A stretch of 64,000 bases of DNA from an uncultured Gammaproteobacteria bacterium (GCA_964427615.1 CAYRUR010000004.1:10975-74974), one strand, 5' to 3'; numbered from the stretch's first letter, positions 38,483 to 48,924 are shown. Numbers and translations are program-made. Notes: generated from the letters alone by a model not told the origin.

Positions 38483-38512
38483 AAAAAGCCCCAGAAAATT
38501 CTGAGGCTTTTT
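38483..38512. terminator. Bidirectional hairpin terminator between convergent genes
   Basis: AAAAAAGCCCCAGAA..TTCTGAGGCTTTTTG; an A-run on one side and a T-run on the other. Confidence 0.4.
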
Positions 38513-38531
38513 GTAATTATCGGTCGTCAAT

Positions 38532-39158
38532 TTAGTGACTTTGGTGAGCAAAGTGACTGACGCATTGACCTTGGTTTTTAAATGATGGAGAAGTGAAATT
38601 CTTCCATCCACCATTTTTACACTGATCTTTCAGTGTTTGGCCGCTTACTGTAACCGGTGAGCCATTGACCATGATGTTGGAAAGGGTTGTTTGTCCTTCC
38701 TCGTCCTGGACAATATCTATTCCAGTAACTGTTTCGCCAGTTGGGAATAGGACACCACCGTAAGTATTGCCTGCGGTAAAGGTTACTTGTCCACTCCCAT
38801 CATTTCCATGGGTACATCCTAAGAAAATAGTCTGGCCATTGGATAAATAGACGTTAAATCGGGGAGCACCTGCACCGCAATAGTCATCCACTTGAAAGCT
38901 CAATGTCATATCAGAGGTAGAAAGGCCCTCAACTCCCTCTATGGCTGCACCTGCTGCTGCATTGGTACTAGTAGGTACATTTTTTTCTAAATGCAGACTT
39001 CCATCACTGGTAACTTGAGATACAACACCTCCAGTATTGGTCGGGTCATATGTCCATGGATTTAGGGAAAATGTTGCAGCAAAGGAAGATACTGCAGCAA
39101 CTGCAAAGAGAGAAAGAGCAGCTACTCCTACTGACATTCTCAGAGCAAAATTTCTCAT
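38532..39158 (-). CDS. Secreted hypothetical protein with signal peptide; Gly/Thr-rich, predicted beta-rich
   Basis: N-terminal MRNFALRMSVGVAALSLFAVAAVSSFAATFS (signal peptide with an AXA site) and conserved Cys pairs. Its G+C is visibly higher than that of its neighbours. Confidence 0.45.
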   Translation of the reverse strand: MRNFALRMSVGVAALSLFAVAAVSSFAATFSLNPWTYDPTNTGGVVSQVTSDGSLHLEKNVPTSTNAAAGAAIEGVEGLSTSDMTLSFQVDDYCGAGAPRFNVYLSNGQTIFLGCTHGNDGSGQVTFTAGNTYGGVLFPTGETVTGIDIVQDEEGQTTLSNIMVNGSPVTVSGQTLKDQCKNGGWKNFTSPSFKNQGQCVSHFAHQSH

Positions 39159-39281
39159 CTTTGTATCACCTCCTTTCGCATGTCGTAGCTTATACCTTAT
39201 ATGCTGAAAAGGTCAAAGTCAACGAATTTTTTGTAAGCATTTGGTAAGACAAATGCTATAAGGTATATATTAATACTATTA

Positions 39282-40223
39282 TTGAGGTATATAATGCATG
39301 TTATGCAAAGGCCTGTTACTATCACACCATTAGAGAAAAAAGCGCAACAGTTGAGTCAAGATTTTAAGATGCATTTTGATAACCTACAGGATGTATCAAG
39401 TGATCATGGGGAAAATACTATCTATGCAGCAGACATGGGACAAGAGAAAGTTATAATACGGATAAGGAAGAATACAGAATGGAATCCTTTTCCGCTTGAG
39501 GTATGGGCATATAATCAATTCAAAAAATATGCTATTCCTGCACCAGATGTTATTGCATACCAAGAATCACCAAAACGTATTGGTTCTCCTACTCTTATTC
39601 TAAAAAGAATTCCAGGAAAGACTGTAGGGGAGAAAAAACTGGGCATACTGCAAGAGGGAGAGCTTTTTGAACAAGCAGGTATGATTTTAAACAAAATACA
39701 TCAGATTCCAGTAGTAGGATTTGGTTTTTTACATATTAATGATGCATATGCAAAAGGAGATACTGAATCATGGAAAAGTCATTGGGAAAGAAGAGGAAAG
39801 CCAGAGCATTTCCAACAATTGGTTAAAGAACACATTATTACGAAAAAAGAATGTCGTATTCTTTTAGATTTGTATTATGAAGTAATTGAGTTGCCAGTAA
39901 AGACGCCATCCTTTCTGCATAATGATTATCATGCACGCAATATGATTACTGATGGTAAACGTATTACTGGTGTAATTGATCTATCCAACAGTTTTTCCGG
40001 AGATTACCGATATGATATTGCTACCGCGTTATTTTTCCAGACTTCTTTTCAACAAAAAGTATTTATAAAAGGATATGGAAAGGGAGCAGAAGATCCAATA
40101 ATCAAAAAATACCTGATAGTAGTATCTGGTATAAAAGTTGCAGGGAGGTATTACAGAGGACATTTTACTGGTACACAGAGAGCTCTGCAAACTTTTAAAG
40201 CCTACATAAAACCCTTATTGTAG
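39282..40223 (+). CDS. Phosphotransferase-family kinase (APH / choline-kinase fold)
   Basis: Brenner catalytic loop HNDYHARNMI and a downstream IDLSNSFSGDYRYD metal-binding motif. Confidence 0.55.
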   Translation: MRYIMHVMQRPVTITPLEKKAQQLSQDFKMHFDNLQDVSSDHGENTIYAADMGQEKVIIRIRKNTEWNPFPLEVWAYNQFKKYAIPAPDVIAYQESPKRIGSPTLILKRIPGKTVGEKKLGILQEGELFEQAGMILNKIHQIPVVGFGFLHINDAYAKGDTESWKSHWERRGKPEHFQQLVKEHIITKKECRILLDLYYEVIELPVKTPSFLHNDYHARNMITDGKRITGVIDLSNSFSGDYRYDIATALFFQTSFQQKVFIKGYGKGAEDPIIKKYLIVVSGIKVAGRYYRGHFTGTQRALQTFKAYIKPLL

Positions 40224-40312
40224 TTAAAATACATAAATGCTATTTTTTGTCTTTCTTTTCTCTTACTGCTTCTTAACATGAGTTTTTTATCTCCTCTTTA
40301 AAATGTTAATGT

Positions 40313-41512
40313 ATGGAGGAAAAGAAGAGATATGAGTCCTTGTGGGTTGCTACCACTCCATCTACAAACTACCCAGCATTATCTGAAAATATGAAAACAG
40401 ATGTAGTGGTAGTAGGAGGTGGAATTGTTGGAATCACCACTGCCTTTTTATTAAAACAAGCTGGGGTACAAGTAATTCTTATAGAGTCAGGTAGAATTGT
40501 TGAGTTAACAACAGGAAATACAACAGCAAAAGTTACTTCTCAACATGGGATCAAGTACTCTAACTTGCTCAAAAAGTATGCAAAAGAAGGCGTAAGAATG
40601 TATGCTATGGCAAATGAAGCAGCTGTTAAAAAAGTAAAAGAGCTGGTGGATACCTACAAAATCGATTGTGATTTTTACACCACACAGAGTCATACGTATG
40701 CATCTCAAGAATCGGACAGAAAAAAAGTGGAAGAAGAGGTAAAAGCATCACAAGAGTTTGACCTGCCAGCATCATTTGTAGATGATATTGCGCTGCCTTT
40801 TAAAACGTATGGTTCAGTAAAATTTGATAATCAAGGACAATTCCATCCTAGAAAATATTTATTGCATTTGATTCAGCAAATTGATGGTAATGGTAGTTTT
40901 GTTTTTGAAAATACAAAAGCACAAGGAATTAAAAAAAATAATGGAAACTATACGGTATCAACTGATAAAGGAGATGTCACAGCTGATTATGTAGTGATTG
41001 CCACGCATACGCCTTTTGTGGATCCAGACATGTACTACAAAAAGATGGCTGCATATAGAGACTATGCGATAGCTATAAGGATACCAGGCGAAGCACCTTC
41101 CGGCACATATATTGGTACTACAATTGGTTCACTTTCCATTCGCAATCAACCACATAATGATGAGTTGCTTTTAATAGTAGGCGGTATGTCAGAGGATGAG
41201 GATAAAGCAAGCAATCCTGAAGAAAGGTTTAAGATGTTGGAGTCATCTGCGAGAGGAAAATTTGGTATAGAGGACATTTTGTATCGTTGGTTTACTTTTG
41301 ATTATGATGATCCTCAAGATGGTGTCCCTACGATAGGAAGGCTTACACCAACGTGGGAAAATGTGTATGTGGCGACTGGTTTTGCAGGGTGGGGAATGAC
41401 ACATGGGACAGTTGCAGGAATGACTTTTTCAGGTATTATTACAAAAAATAAGCCCATTTGGAGTACATTTTATGATCGATTTGAGCGTGAGAGGTTTAAA
41501 TTAAATGAATAA
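40313..41512 (+). CDS. FAD-dependent oxidoreductase (DAO family)
   Basis: N-terminal dinucleotide-binding motif DVVVVGGGIVGITTAFLLKQAGVQVILIE. Confidence 0.6.
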   Translation: MEEKKRYESLWVATTPSTNYPALSENMKTDVVVVGGGIVGITTAFLLKQAGVQVILIESGRIVELTTGNTTAKVTSQHGIKYSNLLKKYAKEGVRMYAMANEAAVKKVKELVDTYKIDCDFYTTQSHTYASQESDRKKVEEEVKASQEFDLPASFVDDIALPFKTYGSVKFDNQGQFHPRKYLLHLIQQIDGNGSFVFENTKAQGIKKNNGNYTVSTDKGDVTADYVVIATHTPFVDPDMYYKKMAAYRDYAIAIRIPGEAPSGTYIGTTIGSLSIRNQPHNDELLLIVGGMSEDEDKASNPEERFKMLESSARGKFGIEDILYRWFTFDYDDPQDGVPTIGRLTPTWENVYVATGFAGWGMTHGTVAGMTFSGIITKNKPIWSTFYDRFERERFKLNE

Positions 41513-41517
41513 AAAAG

Positions 41518-42585
41518 TTATCCAGTGAGTTTGTTAAGGTTTGGGATCTTATGAATGACAAATGCAATGGCAAAGGAAGCAGAAGTGACAGTTATAAAAA
41601 GGAGAGGATCAAACCATACTTGTCCTACTATTTCTGTTCCTGAGTGTTCTACCACTTTCTTACCAAATGTATTCCAGATGGATGACAGTATAGCAACGTG
41701 TACAAAAAACACAAAAAACGAGAGTCGAGAAAAAAGAACAATATAGTTTTTAAAACGCTGATGTTGGTCAAAGTAGTAAAAGAGGAGTCCCGTAAGAAGG
41801 AGCGTAAAAATATAATTGGCGATATGATACTGTGAGTAAATATAACCGATTTTTCTTGTCTGTAAAAAAAGGATCTGACTTTGTAGGAAAACAAATATTG
41901 TCGAGAAGAAAAACAATGTGAAAAACAGACGTGCATTTTTTTCGATAAAGGTGAGAATTTTTTCTTTATGGTGACTTGCAATCATACCTCCTAAAAATAA
42001 CAGATAACTTGCAGCAGCTACGCGAAATGGAGTTATAACTGGAAGATTTAAGATATAGTAATCAACTGCCAAGATTATTATTTGTATGAGAACAAGAGGA
42101 AAGAAAATTATTTTTTTAGATAGGAGAGGAAGTGCTTTGTGAAAGATTGGAAAAAGAAGATAAAAGATAATCAGTGTAGGAATAAAATATAGTTGGTATG
42201 ATGCTATGCCTAGCAAAATATTTTTTGCAAATGAAAAACTAAGTAAGTCAGAGAGTGGAAATTTATTTATAACAACAAAATAAAATGCAGTCCAAAAAAA
42301 ATAGGGGATAATAATTTTACTTGCTCTTTTTTTAAAGTAGGTTGCATAATTCACTTTTTCTTTATAGTTAAGTTCTAATACAAACCCTGAAATAAGAAAA
42401 AAAAGTGGGACTGCAAATCGTGCTGTTTGATTCAGAAATAATGACCAGGCAGTCTTTTCTACGTGATATCCTGAAACATTCAAAGAAAGCGTAGTAGTAT
42501 GAATGAGAATGACTCCAAGAATTGCCAATACTCGCAGAAGGTCTATTGCTACATGGTACGTGTTTTTTTCATGCGTTTTTGCCAC
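41518..42585 (-). CDS. Acyltransferase family 3 membrane protein (OafA/OatA-like)
   Basis: IDLLRVLAILGVILIHTT and about 10 TM helices. Confidence 0.65.
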   Translation of the reverse strand: MAKTHEKNTYHVAIDLLRVLAILGVILIHTTTLSLNVSGYHVEKTAWSLFLNQTARFAVPLFFLISGFVLELNYKEKVNYATYFKKRASKIIIPYFFWTAFYFVVINKFPLSDLLSFSFAKNILLGIASYQLYFIPTLIIFYLLFPIFHKALPLLSKKIIFFPLVLIQIIILAVDYYILNLPVITPFRVAAASYLLFLGGMIASHHKEKILTFIEKNARLFFTLFFFSTIFVFLQSQILFLQTRKIGYIYSQYHIANYIFTLLLTGLLFYYFDQHQRFKNYIVLFSRLSFFVFFVHVAILSSIWNTFGKKVVEHSGTEIVGQVWFDPLLFITVTSASFAIAFVIHKIPNLNKLTG

Positions 42586-42660
42586 CAGTCTATTTTATCA
42601 AATTTTTTAACAGTCTATTCATGTCTTGAAGCAGTTATGTATATAGAGTAAAATAGTTGC

Positions 42661-45522
42661 ATGTTTAAAACAGTTTCACCCAAGGTAGATTTTCCTGAGA
42701 TGGAGCGCAACCTTTTGGAAAAATGGTATAACACCGGAATAGTTGAAAAGTACCTGCACTTAAATGATGTTGCAGATAAACAGTTTTCTTTTCTTGATGG
42801 ACCTATTACCGCTAATAACCCTATGGGTGTGCATCATGCCTGGGGAAGAACGTATAAAGATTTTTGGCAGCGTTTCTGGAACATGCGCGGATACAGACAG
42901 CGATTTCAGAATGGTTTTGATGAACAAGGGCTATGGGTAGAGGTAGAAGTAGAAAAAGAATTAGGACTGAAAAGCAAAAAAGATATTGAGAATTTAGTAC
43001 CAGGAGATAAATTCAAAAGTCTTGAGAAATTTATTAACCTCTGCAAAGAGCGAGTCGTAAAGTTTTCCCAAATCCAAACAGAACAATCTAAAAGACTAGG
43101 TTATTTCATGGATTGGGATAACTCCTATCACACTTCCTCTGATAAGAACAACTATACCATTTGGCATTTTTTGCAAGTGGTGAATGAGAAAGGATGGTTA
43201 TATAAGGGAAGAGATAGTGTGCCTTGGTGTCCTCGCTGCGGAACAGCTATCTCTCAACATGAGATCTTAACAGAGGAATACAAAGAGTTAACGCATACTT
43301 CTGTTTTTTTCAAACTTCCTCTTGTAGATGAAGAAAAGAAGTACCTCTTAGTATGGACAACGACTCCGTGGACTATTCCTGCCAATGTGGCAGTAGCTGT
43401 AGATCCTAACTTAGATTATGCTGAAGTTGCAGTAGAGGGTGCAACCTACATTGTAGCGGATGCAGTGTCTCAAAACATATTACCAGAAGGGAAGAAAACA
43501 AAAGTATTCAAAGGATCTGAGTTGGTAGGAAAAAAATATACCGCTCCTTTTGATAATCTGCCTGCGGTACAACAATCTCTAGGCTCATATGAGCACAGAA
43601 TTATTGCTACAGATCCTCTCATCTTGCCTATTGTTACAGAAGAAGGAACAGGACTTGTGCATATTGCTCCTGGTGCAGGTACGCAAGACTTTGCCCTTGG
43701 AAAAAAAGAAGAATTACCAGTTATTGCACCAATTGATGAAGCAGGTATATATGTGGAAGGATTTGGTGCTTTTACAGGTCTGCATACCAAAAAAGTAACT
43801 GAGGGAGTTATTGAATATCTTCAAGAACATGACTTTTTACTCAAAGCTGAAAAGTATACTCACCGTTATCCTACCTGCTGGAGATGTAAGACAGAGCTGG
43901 TATGGAGAGTAGTGGATGAGTGGTATATTGCCATGGATAAAAAAGACGAGAGTGGCAAAACATACCGTGAGCAAATGATTGAAGTTGCAAAAGAAATTAC
44001 CTGGATGCCTTCTTGGGGATTGGATCGAGAGCTTGATTGGCTCAAAAACATGCATGATTGGCTGATTTCAAAAAAACGATACTGGGGACTTGCTCTTCCT
44101 ATTTGGGAATGTAATGACTGCCATCATTTTATGGTGATTGGTGGGAAAGAAGAGTTAAAGGAAAAAGCAGTTGAAGGATGGGAATCTTTTGAAGGAAATA
44201 GTCCACATAGACCATGGGTAGATCAGATAAAAATAAAGTGTGATGAGTGTGGAGGGATAGCAACACGCATTCCAGATGTAGGGAATCCTTGGCTTGATGC
44301 TGGCATTGTGCCATTTTCTACCATGCCTTCTGAATGGTTTCCAGCAGATTTTATTACTGAGAGTTTTCCTGGTCAGTTTAAAAATTGGTTTTATGCATTG
44401 ATTGCTATGAGTACTGCACTTAAAAGTACCAATCCTTTCAAACGGGTACTAGGATTTGGATCAGTCAGAGATGAAAAAGGAGAAGAAATGCATAAGAGTA
44501 AGGGGAATGCAATTGAATTTAATGAAGCAGCAGACAAGATAGGCGTTGATGTAATGAGATGGCTTTATCTTCGCACCAATCCAGAGCATAACGTAAGTTT
44601 TGGATACCATGTAACAGATGAGATTCGCAGATTATTTTATTTGCGGTTATGGAATGTCTATTCATTTTTTGTAATGTATGCCAATGTAGATGGATGGGAA
44701 GCACAAAAAGACAAACCATTTACTCCATCTAAAGTACTGGATAAATGGATTCTGTCTCGTCTGAATCACAGTGTAGAAGTAGTAACCGACTTGGTAGCTT
44801 CCTACAATGCACAAGAAGCAACGAAAGAGGTAGAGCATTTTATCATTGATGAGTTATCCAATTGGTATGTGAGAAGAATAAGAGATAGAGTAGGTCCAAG
44901 TGCAATACAAGGAAAGGATAAAGATGATGCATATACTACGCTCTGGATAGTGCTTACCACTTATGCAAGACTTTTGGCTCCATTCATGCCATTTATCGCT
45001 GATGAAATATATACTAATTTAACAGGAGAAGAATCAGTGCATATAGTACAGTGGCCAGAAGTAAATAATGAGCTTATTGATACAAAACTGGAGCAAGAAA
45101 TGGCATATGCAATAGAGCTTGCTTCTGCAGCACACGAATTAAGAAGAGAATCCGGTGTAAAGGTAAAAATCCCATTAAAAACACTTTCTTATAATGGTCC
45201 TGCGCAGTTGAGTGAAGAAGTCATAAAAATCGTACAAGAAGAGACAAATGTATACAACTTGGTGTATGAGAAAAAGCAAGATGTCTTTAGTGTGACTGGT
45301 TCAACAGATGTAGAAAATCAGGATTTAGTGGCAGGACAGGTAAGAGACATTATCAGAAAAATCCAGCAAGAAAGAAAAATACTGGGGACAACTTTTAGTG
45401 AGAAAGTGGACGTGTATTTGCCAGAGTGGCCAGAAGGAAAAGAAGAGGATATTAAAAAGGGAGCTTTAGTTGATAGTATGATGAAATCAGAAGAATTTAA
45501 AGTTGTACGTAAAAATGCTTAA
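42661..45522 (+). CDS. ileS: Isoleucine--tRNA ligase
   Basis: HIGH-region GVHHAWGRT, the editing-domain signature WTTTPWTIPANVAVAV, KMSKS-like MHKSKGN and Zn-ribbon Cys pairs; 953 aa. Confidence 0.9.
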   Translation: MFKTVSPKVDFPEMERNLLEKWYNTGIVEKYLHLNDVADKQFSFLDGPITANNPMGVHHAWGRTYKDFWQRFWNMRGYRQRFQNGFDEQGLWVEVEVEKELGLKSKKDIENLVPGDKFKSLEKFINLCKERVVKFSQIQTEQSKRLGYFMDWDNSYHTSSDKNNYTIWHFLQVVNEKGWLYKGRDSVPWCPRCGTAISQHEILTEEYKELTHTSVFFKLPLVDEEKKYLLVWTTTPWTIPANVAVAVDPNLDYAEVAVEGATYIVADAVSQNILPEGKKTKVFKGSELVGKKYTAPFDNLPAVQQSLGSYEHRIIATDPLILPIVTEEGTGLVHIAPGAGTQDFALGKKEELPVIAPIDEAGIYVEGFGAFTGLHTKKVTEGVIEYLQEHDFLLKAEKYTHRYPTCWRCKTELVWRVVDEWYIAMDKKDESGKTYREQMIEVAKEITWMPSWGLDRELDWLKNMHDWLISKKRYWGLALPIWECNDCHHFMVIGGKEELKEKAVEGWESFEGNSPHRPWVDQIKIKCDECGGIATRIPDVGNPWLDAGIVPFSTMPSEWFPADFITESFPGQFKNWFYALIAMSTALKSTNPFKRVLGFGSVRDEKGEEMHKSKGNAIEFNEAADKIGVDVMRWLYLRTNPEHNVSFGYHVTDEIRRLFYLRLWNVYSFFVMYANVDGWEAQKDKPFTPSKVLDKWILSRLNHSVEVVTDLVASYNAQEATKEVEHFIIDELSNWYVRRIRDRVGPSAIQGKDKDDAYTTLWIVLTTYARLLAPFMPFIADEIYTNLTGEESVHIVQWPEVNNELIDTKLEQEMAYAIELASAAHELRRESGVKVKIPLKTLSYNGPAQLSEEVIKIVQEETNVYNLVYEKKQDVFSVTGSTDVENQDLVAGQVRDIIRKIQQERKILGTTFSEKVDVYLPEWPEGKEEDIKKGALVDSMMKSEEFKVVRKNA

Positions 45523-46600
45523 ATTCTTGCTCTCCCGCATAGATTTTACTTTACTTACTCCTGCACTACTGCTTGTTGGTCTTGCATTGGCAACGCTTTA
45601 TTCAATTGATATTGCCTTATTCCAAAACTTTCTGCTTTTTTCAGGAGTATCGCTTGTTGCATTTCTTGTCTTTACCACTATAGATTTTCATATTTTTGAT
45701 CACTATTACAAATACCTTTATATAGGCATGATTTTGTTGCTTGCTATTGTTTTTGTGATTGGTATTGAAGCAAGAGGTGCAGTAAGATGGATTGAGATTG
45801 GGAGTTTTAGACTACAGCTTTCAGAAGTTATCAAACCATTTTTTATTATTTTTATTGCTTCTCTGTTGTCTAGGACAGAGAGTAGAAGTATCTTAAAATT
45901 ATTGTTTATCTTAGTAGTTGTCTTTCCTATTTTCTTTCTTACGTTAAAGCAACCAGATCTAGGAAATGCGATAATTTTTCTTCTTGCATCTTCAGGCATG
46001 ATTTTTGTCTATGGATTTCCTTTACTGTACTTTGTGGCGTTGGGAATTATTTCAATTATTCCACTTCCTTTTCTTTATAATTTTTTGCATGATTATCAAA
46101 AACAGCGTATTGTTTCATTTTTAAATTATACCCATGACCCGTCTGGGACTTCATACAATATTATTCAGGCACTCATTTCAATTGGAAGTGGTGGTTTTTT
46201 AGGCAAAGGATTTGGTGAGTCTACGCAGTCTGTTCTTCGTTTTTTGCCGGAAAGACATACTGACTTTATTTTTTCTACCATCACAGAAAGTTTGGGATTT
46301 GTAGGAGGGATGGTAATCATTGGTATTTATACATTTTTAATGTATAGAATCTATGTTATTGCCAAAAATACAGAAAGCGATTATCTAAGACTTATTGCTG
46401 TTGGATTTTTCTTCCTTTTTTTGATTCATACTTTTTTTAATATTGGTATGAATGTAGGTATTGTGCCAATTGTGGGTATTACACTACCTTTTTTATCATA
46501 CGGAGGGAGTTCTCTTTTAACTAATTTTATTATTTTAGGAATGGCTTCATCTATCAGTAAAGATATTAAGGAGAAAAAAACGTTATATGAGATTAGGTAA
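45515..46600 (+). CDS. SEDS-family protein, RodA-like (second copy in the window)
   Basis: Polytopic protein with C-terminal PIVGITLPFLSYGGSSLL. The first ATG is at 45515 (the tool ORF starts at a TTG at 45503) and overlaps the ileS end. Confidence 0.7.
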   Translation: MLKFLLSRIDFTLLTPALLLVGLALATLYSIDIALFQNFLLFSGVSLVAFLVFTTIDFHIFDHYYKYLYIGMILLLAIVFVIGIEARGAVRWIEIGSFRLQLSEVIKPFFIIFIASLLSRTESRSILKLLFILVVVFPIFFLTLKQPDLGNAIIFLLASSGMIFVYGFPLLYFVALGIISIIPLPFLYNFLHDYQKQRIVSFLNYTHDPSGTSYNIIQALISIGSGGFLGKGFGESTQSVLRFLPERHTDFIFSTITESLGFVGGMVIIGIYTFLMYRIYVIAKNTESDYLRLIAVGFFFLFLIHTFFNIGMNVGIVPIVGITLPFLSYGGSSLLTNFIILGMASSISKDIKEKKTLYEIR

Positions 46601-46658
46601 GTATGACAAATGCCTAAAACACTTGCTAAACTAGAAATTTCTGGTAAAATAAATACTT

Positions 46659-46994
46659 ATGCAGTACGTAGTGATTGAAACAGGAGGAAAACAATATAAG
46701 GTTACTGAAGGATCTGTGATTGAAGTCGAAAGACTTGATGATGCAGAGGGAGAGAAAGTAGCTTTGGATAAAGTACTTCTTTTTGTTGATGGTGATACTA
46801 TAAAAGTCGGTACTCCTTATCTTGAAGGAGTAAGTGTTGAAGGAAAACTCGTAAAAAATCTAAAAGGAGATAAAATACGGGTTGCTAAATTTAGAGCAAA
46901 ATCAAAGTATAGAAAAGTAATAGGTCATAGACAAATGCTCTCACAAGTACAGATTGAGCATATAAAAGAAAAGAAGAGCAAAGAGGAAAAATAG
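46659..46994 (+). CDS. rplU: 50S ribosomal protein L21
   Basis: MQYVVIETGGKQYKVTEGSVIEVERL. Confidence 0.85.
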   Translation: MQYVVIETGGKQYKVTEGSVIEVERLDDAEGEKVALDKVLLFVDGDTIKVGTPYLEGVSVEGKLVKNLKGDKIRVAKFRAKSKYRKVIGHRQMLSQVQIEHIKEKKSKEEK

Positions 46995-47048
46995 CTTGAC
47001 TTTTAAAAAGTTTTCATGTAATCTTTTCACAGATAGGAGTTATTAAAA

Positions 47049-47300
47049 ATGGCACATACAAAGTCACAAGGAGCAGTAAAAGGAAATAGAGATTCGATAG
47101 CAAAGAGACTTGGTGTAAAAGTATACGGTGGTCAATCAGTTATAAATGGTAATATCATCGTAAGACAAAGAGGCACCAAATTTTTTGCTGGAAAAGGAGC
47201 TTCTCTTGGTCGGGACTTCACAATCTATGCGACAACTGATGGAGTTGTCCACTTCAGAACGTTGAAGGGTAAGCAAGTTGTGGAGGTTTTAAATGGATGA
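47049..47300 (+). CDS. rpmA: 50S ribosomal protein L27
   Basis: [29 protein letters not shown]...RQRGTKF. Confidence 0.9.
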   Translation: MAHTKSQGAVKGNRDSIAKRLGVKVYGGQSVINGNIIVRQRGTKFFAGKGASLGRDFTIYATTDGVVHFRTLKGKQVVEVLNG

Positions 47301-48108
47301 GCGGAGCCATAACATTACAGAACTTGAAACAAACCTTCTACAACCCAACCCATTGCAACCACGTGGTCTTATTTCTCCCGAATCACTCACTGATTTAGTA
47401 AATTCTATTCGAGAGCAAGGTATTTTAGAGCCTATTGTGGTGGCCAAAACCCCAGCTGGATTTCAAATTATTGCCGGAGAGCGTAGATGGAGAGCTGCTC
47501 GCATCATTGGTTTGCCAAAAGTGCCTGTGATGATCAAGGAAACAACTCCTCAAGGTATGCTTGAGATGTCTATTGTTGAAAATGTCCAAAGAGAAAACCT
47601 CAATCCGATTGAAAGAGCTCAGGCATATAAAAGATTAATTGATGAGTTTGGTTTGTCGGTCACAGAAACAGCAAAAAGAGTTGGTAAAAGTCTTCCTTAT
47701 ATTTCAAACACCATCCGCCTGTTAACGCTTCCAGATGCTATCAAAGATGCACTCGCAGCAGGTGTTATTACTGAAGGTCATGTGAGACCACTTATTTCAA
47801 TTGGTGATCCAAAATTGATGCTTGCAGCATTCAAGAGAATTTTAGTTGAAGGAATAAGTGTTAGAGGCGCAGAAGAAGTAGCTCGACAAATCAGGTCAGA
47901 AGTGCAAAAAAAAGACCCTCACAAAAAAACTAGTAAAATATATATCCCAGAGCAAGATGAAATGGCAAAGACACTTAAAGAAAGATGGGGATATGATGTA
48001 AAATTTGATCAATCACGTATGCAGGGAAAAATTATCATTGTTGTTAAAGGAGATGAAAGTGATACAACTCAAAAACTAAAAGAGATATACGAGCGTTTAT
48101 TAAAATAG
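47293..48108 (+). CDS. parB: Chromosome partitioning protein ParB/Spo0J
   Basis: [10 protein letters not shown]...GILEPIVV...[10 protein letters not shown], the ParB N-terminal box, followed by HTH. Confidence 0.8.
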   Translation: MDERSHNITELETNLLQPNPLQPRGLISPESLTDLVNSIREQGILEPIVVAKTPAGFQIIAGERRWRAARIIGLPKVPVMIKETTPQGMLEMSIVENVQRENLNPIERAQAYKRLIDEFGLSVTETAKRVGKSLPYISNTIRLLTLPDAIKDALAAGVITEGHVRPLISIGDPKLMLAAFKRILVEGISVRGAEEVARQIRSEVQKKDPHKKTSKIYIPEQDEMAKTLKERWGYDVKFDQSRMQGKIIIVVKGDESDTTQKLKEIYERLLK

Positions 48109-48112
48109 TTTT

Positions 48113-48682
48113 TTATTCGTACAAATGAGCAGCATTAGCTGTTATTCGGAAATTCTTTGGAGGCCAATAGATTACAAATGTTTTACCAATAATTTTGTCT
48201 TCTGGTACAAAACCCCATTCGCGTGAGTCAGAACTATACTCTCTGTTATCTCCTAACACAAAATATTCATTTGTAGGAACGGTAACTTTTTCCCCTTCCT
48301 TAAGAAATGATCTGCCGTATGTTTTTAAATCTGGTGGAAGATATGCACTTTCATTTAGTCTTTTTCCATTTACATATACTGAGCCTTCTTGTAGCATCAC
48401 TGTTTCTCCTGGTAAGCCAATAACTCGCTTAATAAAATCCTTTCTCTCATTTGGAGGGGCTTCGAAAACAATAACATCGCCTCTATTAATAGCATGAAAT
48501 CTCATACTAATAACATTGGTAAGAACATATTCTCCATCAGTATAGGTGGGTTCCATGGATGAGCCATTCACTTGGAAAGGTTTAAAAAGGAAAAAATAGA
48601 TGACGGCAAAAATAGCGCCAGCAATAAGTGCTGTTTCGAGAAGATCAGTTATTATGGCTGTTGTTCTTCCTTTTGTTTGCAT
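48113..48682 (-). CDS. lepB: Signal peptidase I
   Basis: GSSMEPT (catalytic Ser), RVIGLPGE and GDNREYSSDSR boxes. Confidence 0.8.
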   Translation of the reverse strand: MQTKGRTTAIITDLLETALIAGAIFAVIYFFLFKPFQVNGSSMEPTYTDGEYVLTNVISMRFHAINRGDVIVFEAPPNERKDFIKRVIGLPGETVMLQEGSVYVNGKRLNESAYLPPDLKTYGRSFLKEGEKVTVPTNEYFVLGDNREYSSDSREWGFVPEDKIIGKTFVIYWPPKNFRITANAAHLYE

Positions 48683-48850
48683 ACTCTTCTATATTGTCAG
48701 GGATAAATAACAGTTTGTCAATCAATATCTCCAGCATTTACAGTTTTAATACATAAGAATTTTTTATGTGGATTTTAAATACGTTTTATTTTCATAGATA
48801 TTTGTGTGAAATTTTGGTAGAATTGAGGAGAAATTACACGAAGATCAAAA

Positions 48851-48924
48851 GGATCTGTAGCTCAGCTGGTTAGAGCGTTCGGTTCACATCCGAAAGGTCG
48901 ATGGTTCGAGTCCGTCCAGGTCCA
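48851..48924 (+). tRNA. tRNA-Val (anticodon CAC); CCA not encoded
   Basis: Cloverleaf folded by hand. Acceptor GGATCTG/CAGGTCC, D-arm GCTC-AGCTGGTTA-GAGC, anticodon arm TTCGG-TTCACAT-CCGAA, T-arm GATGG-TTCGAGT-CCGTC; 74 nt. Confidence 0.8.

Noticed and set aside
46995-47048. TTGACT-17-TAATCT promoter-like hexamers between rplU and rpmA
   Set aside because: rplU-rpmA are normally co-transcribed. The match may be fortuitous in AT-rich spacer, so it is not reported as a feature.
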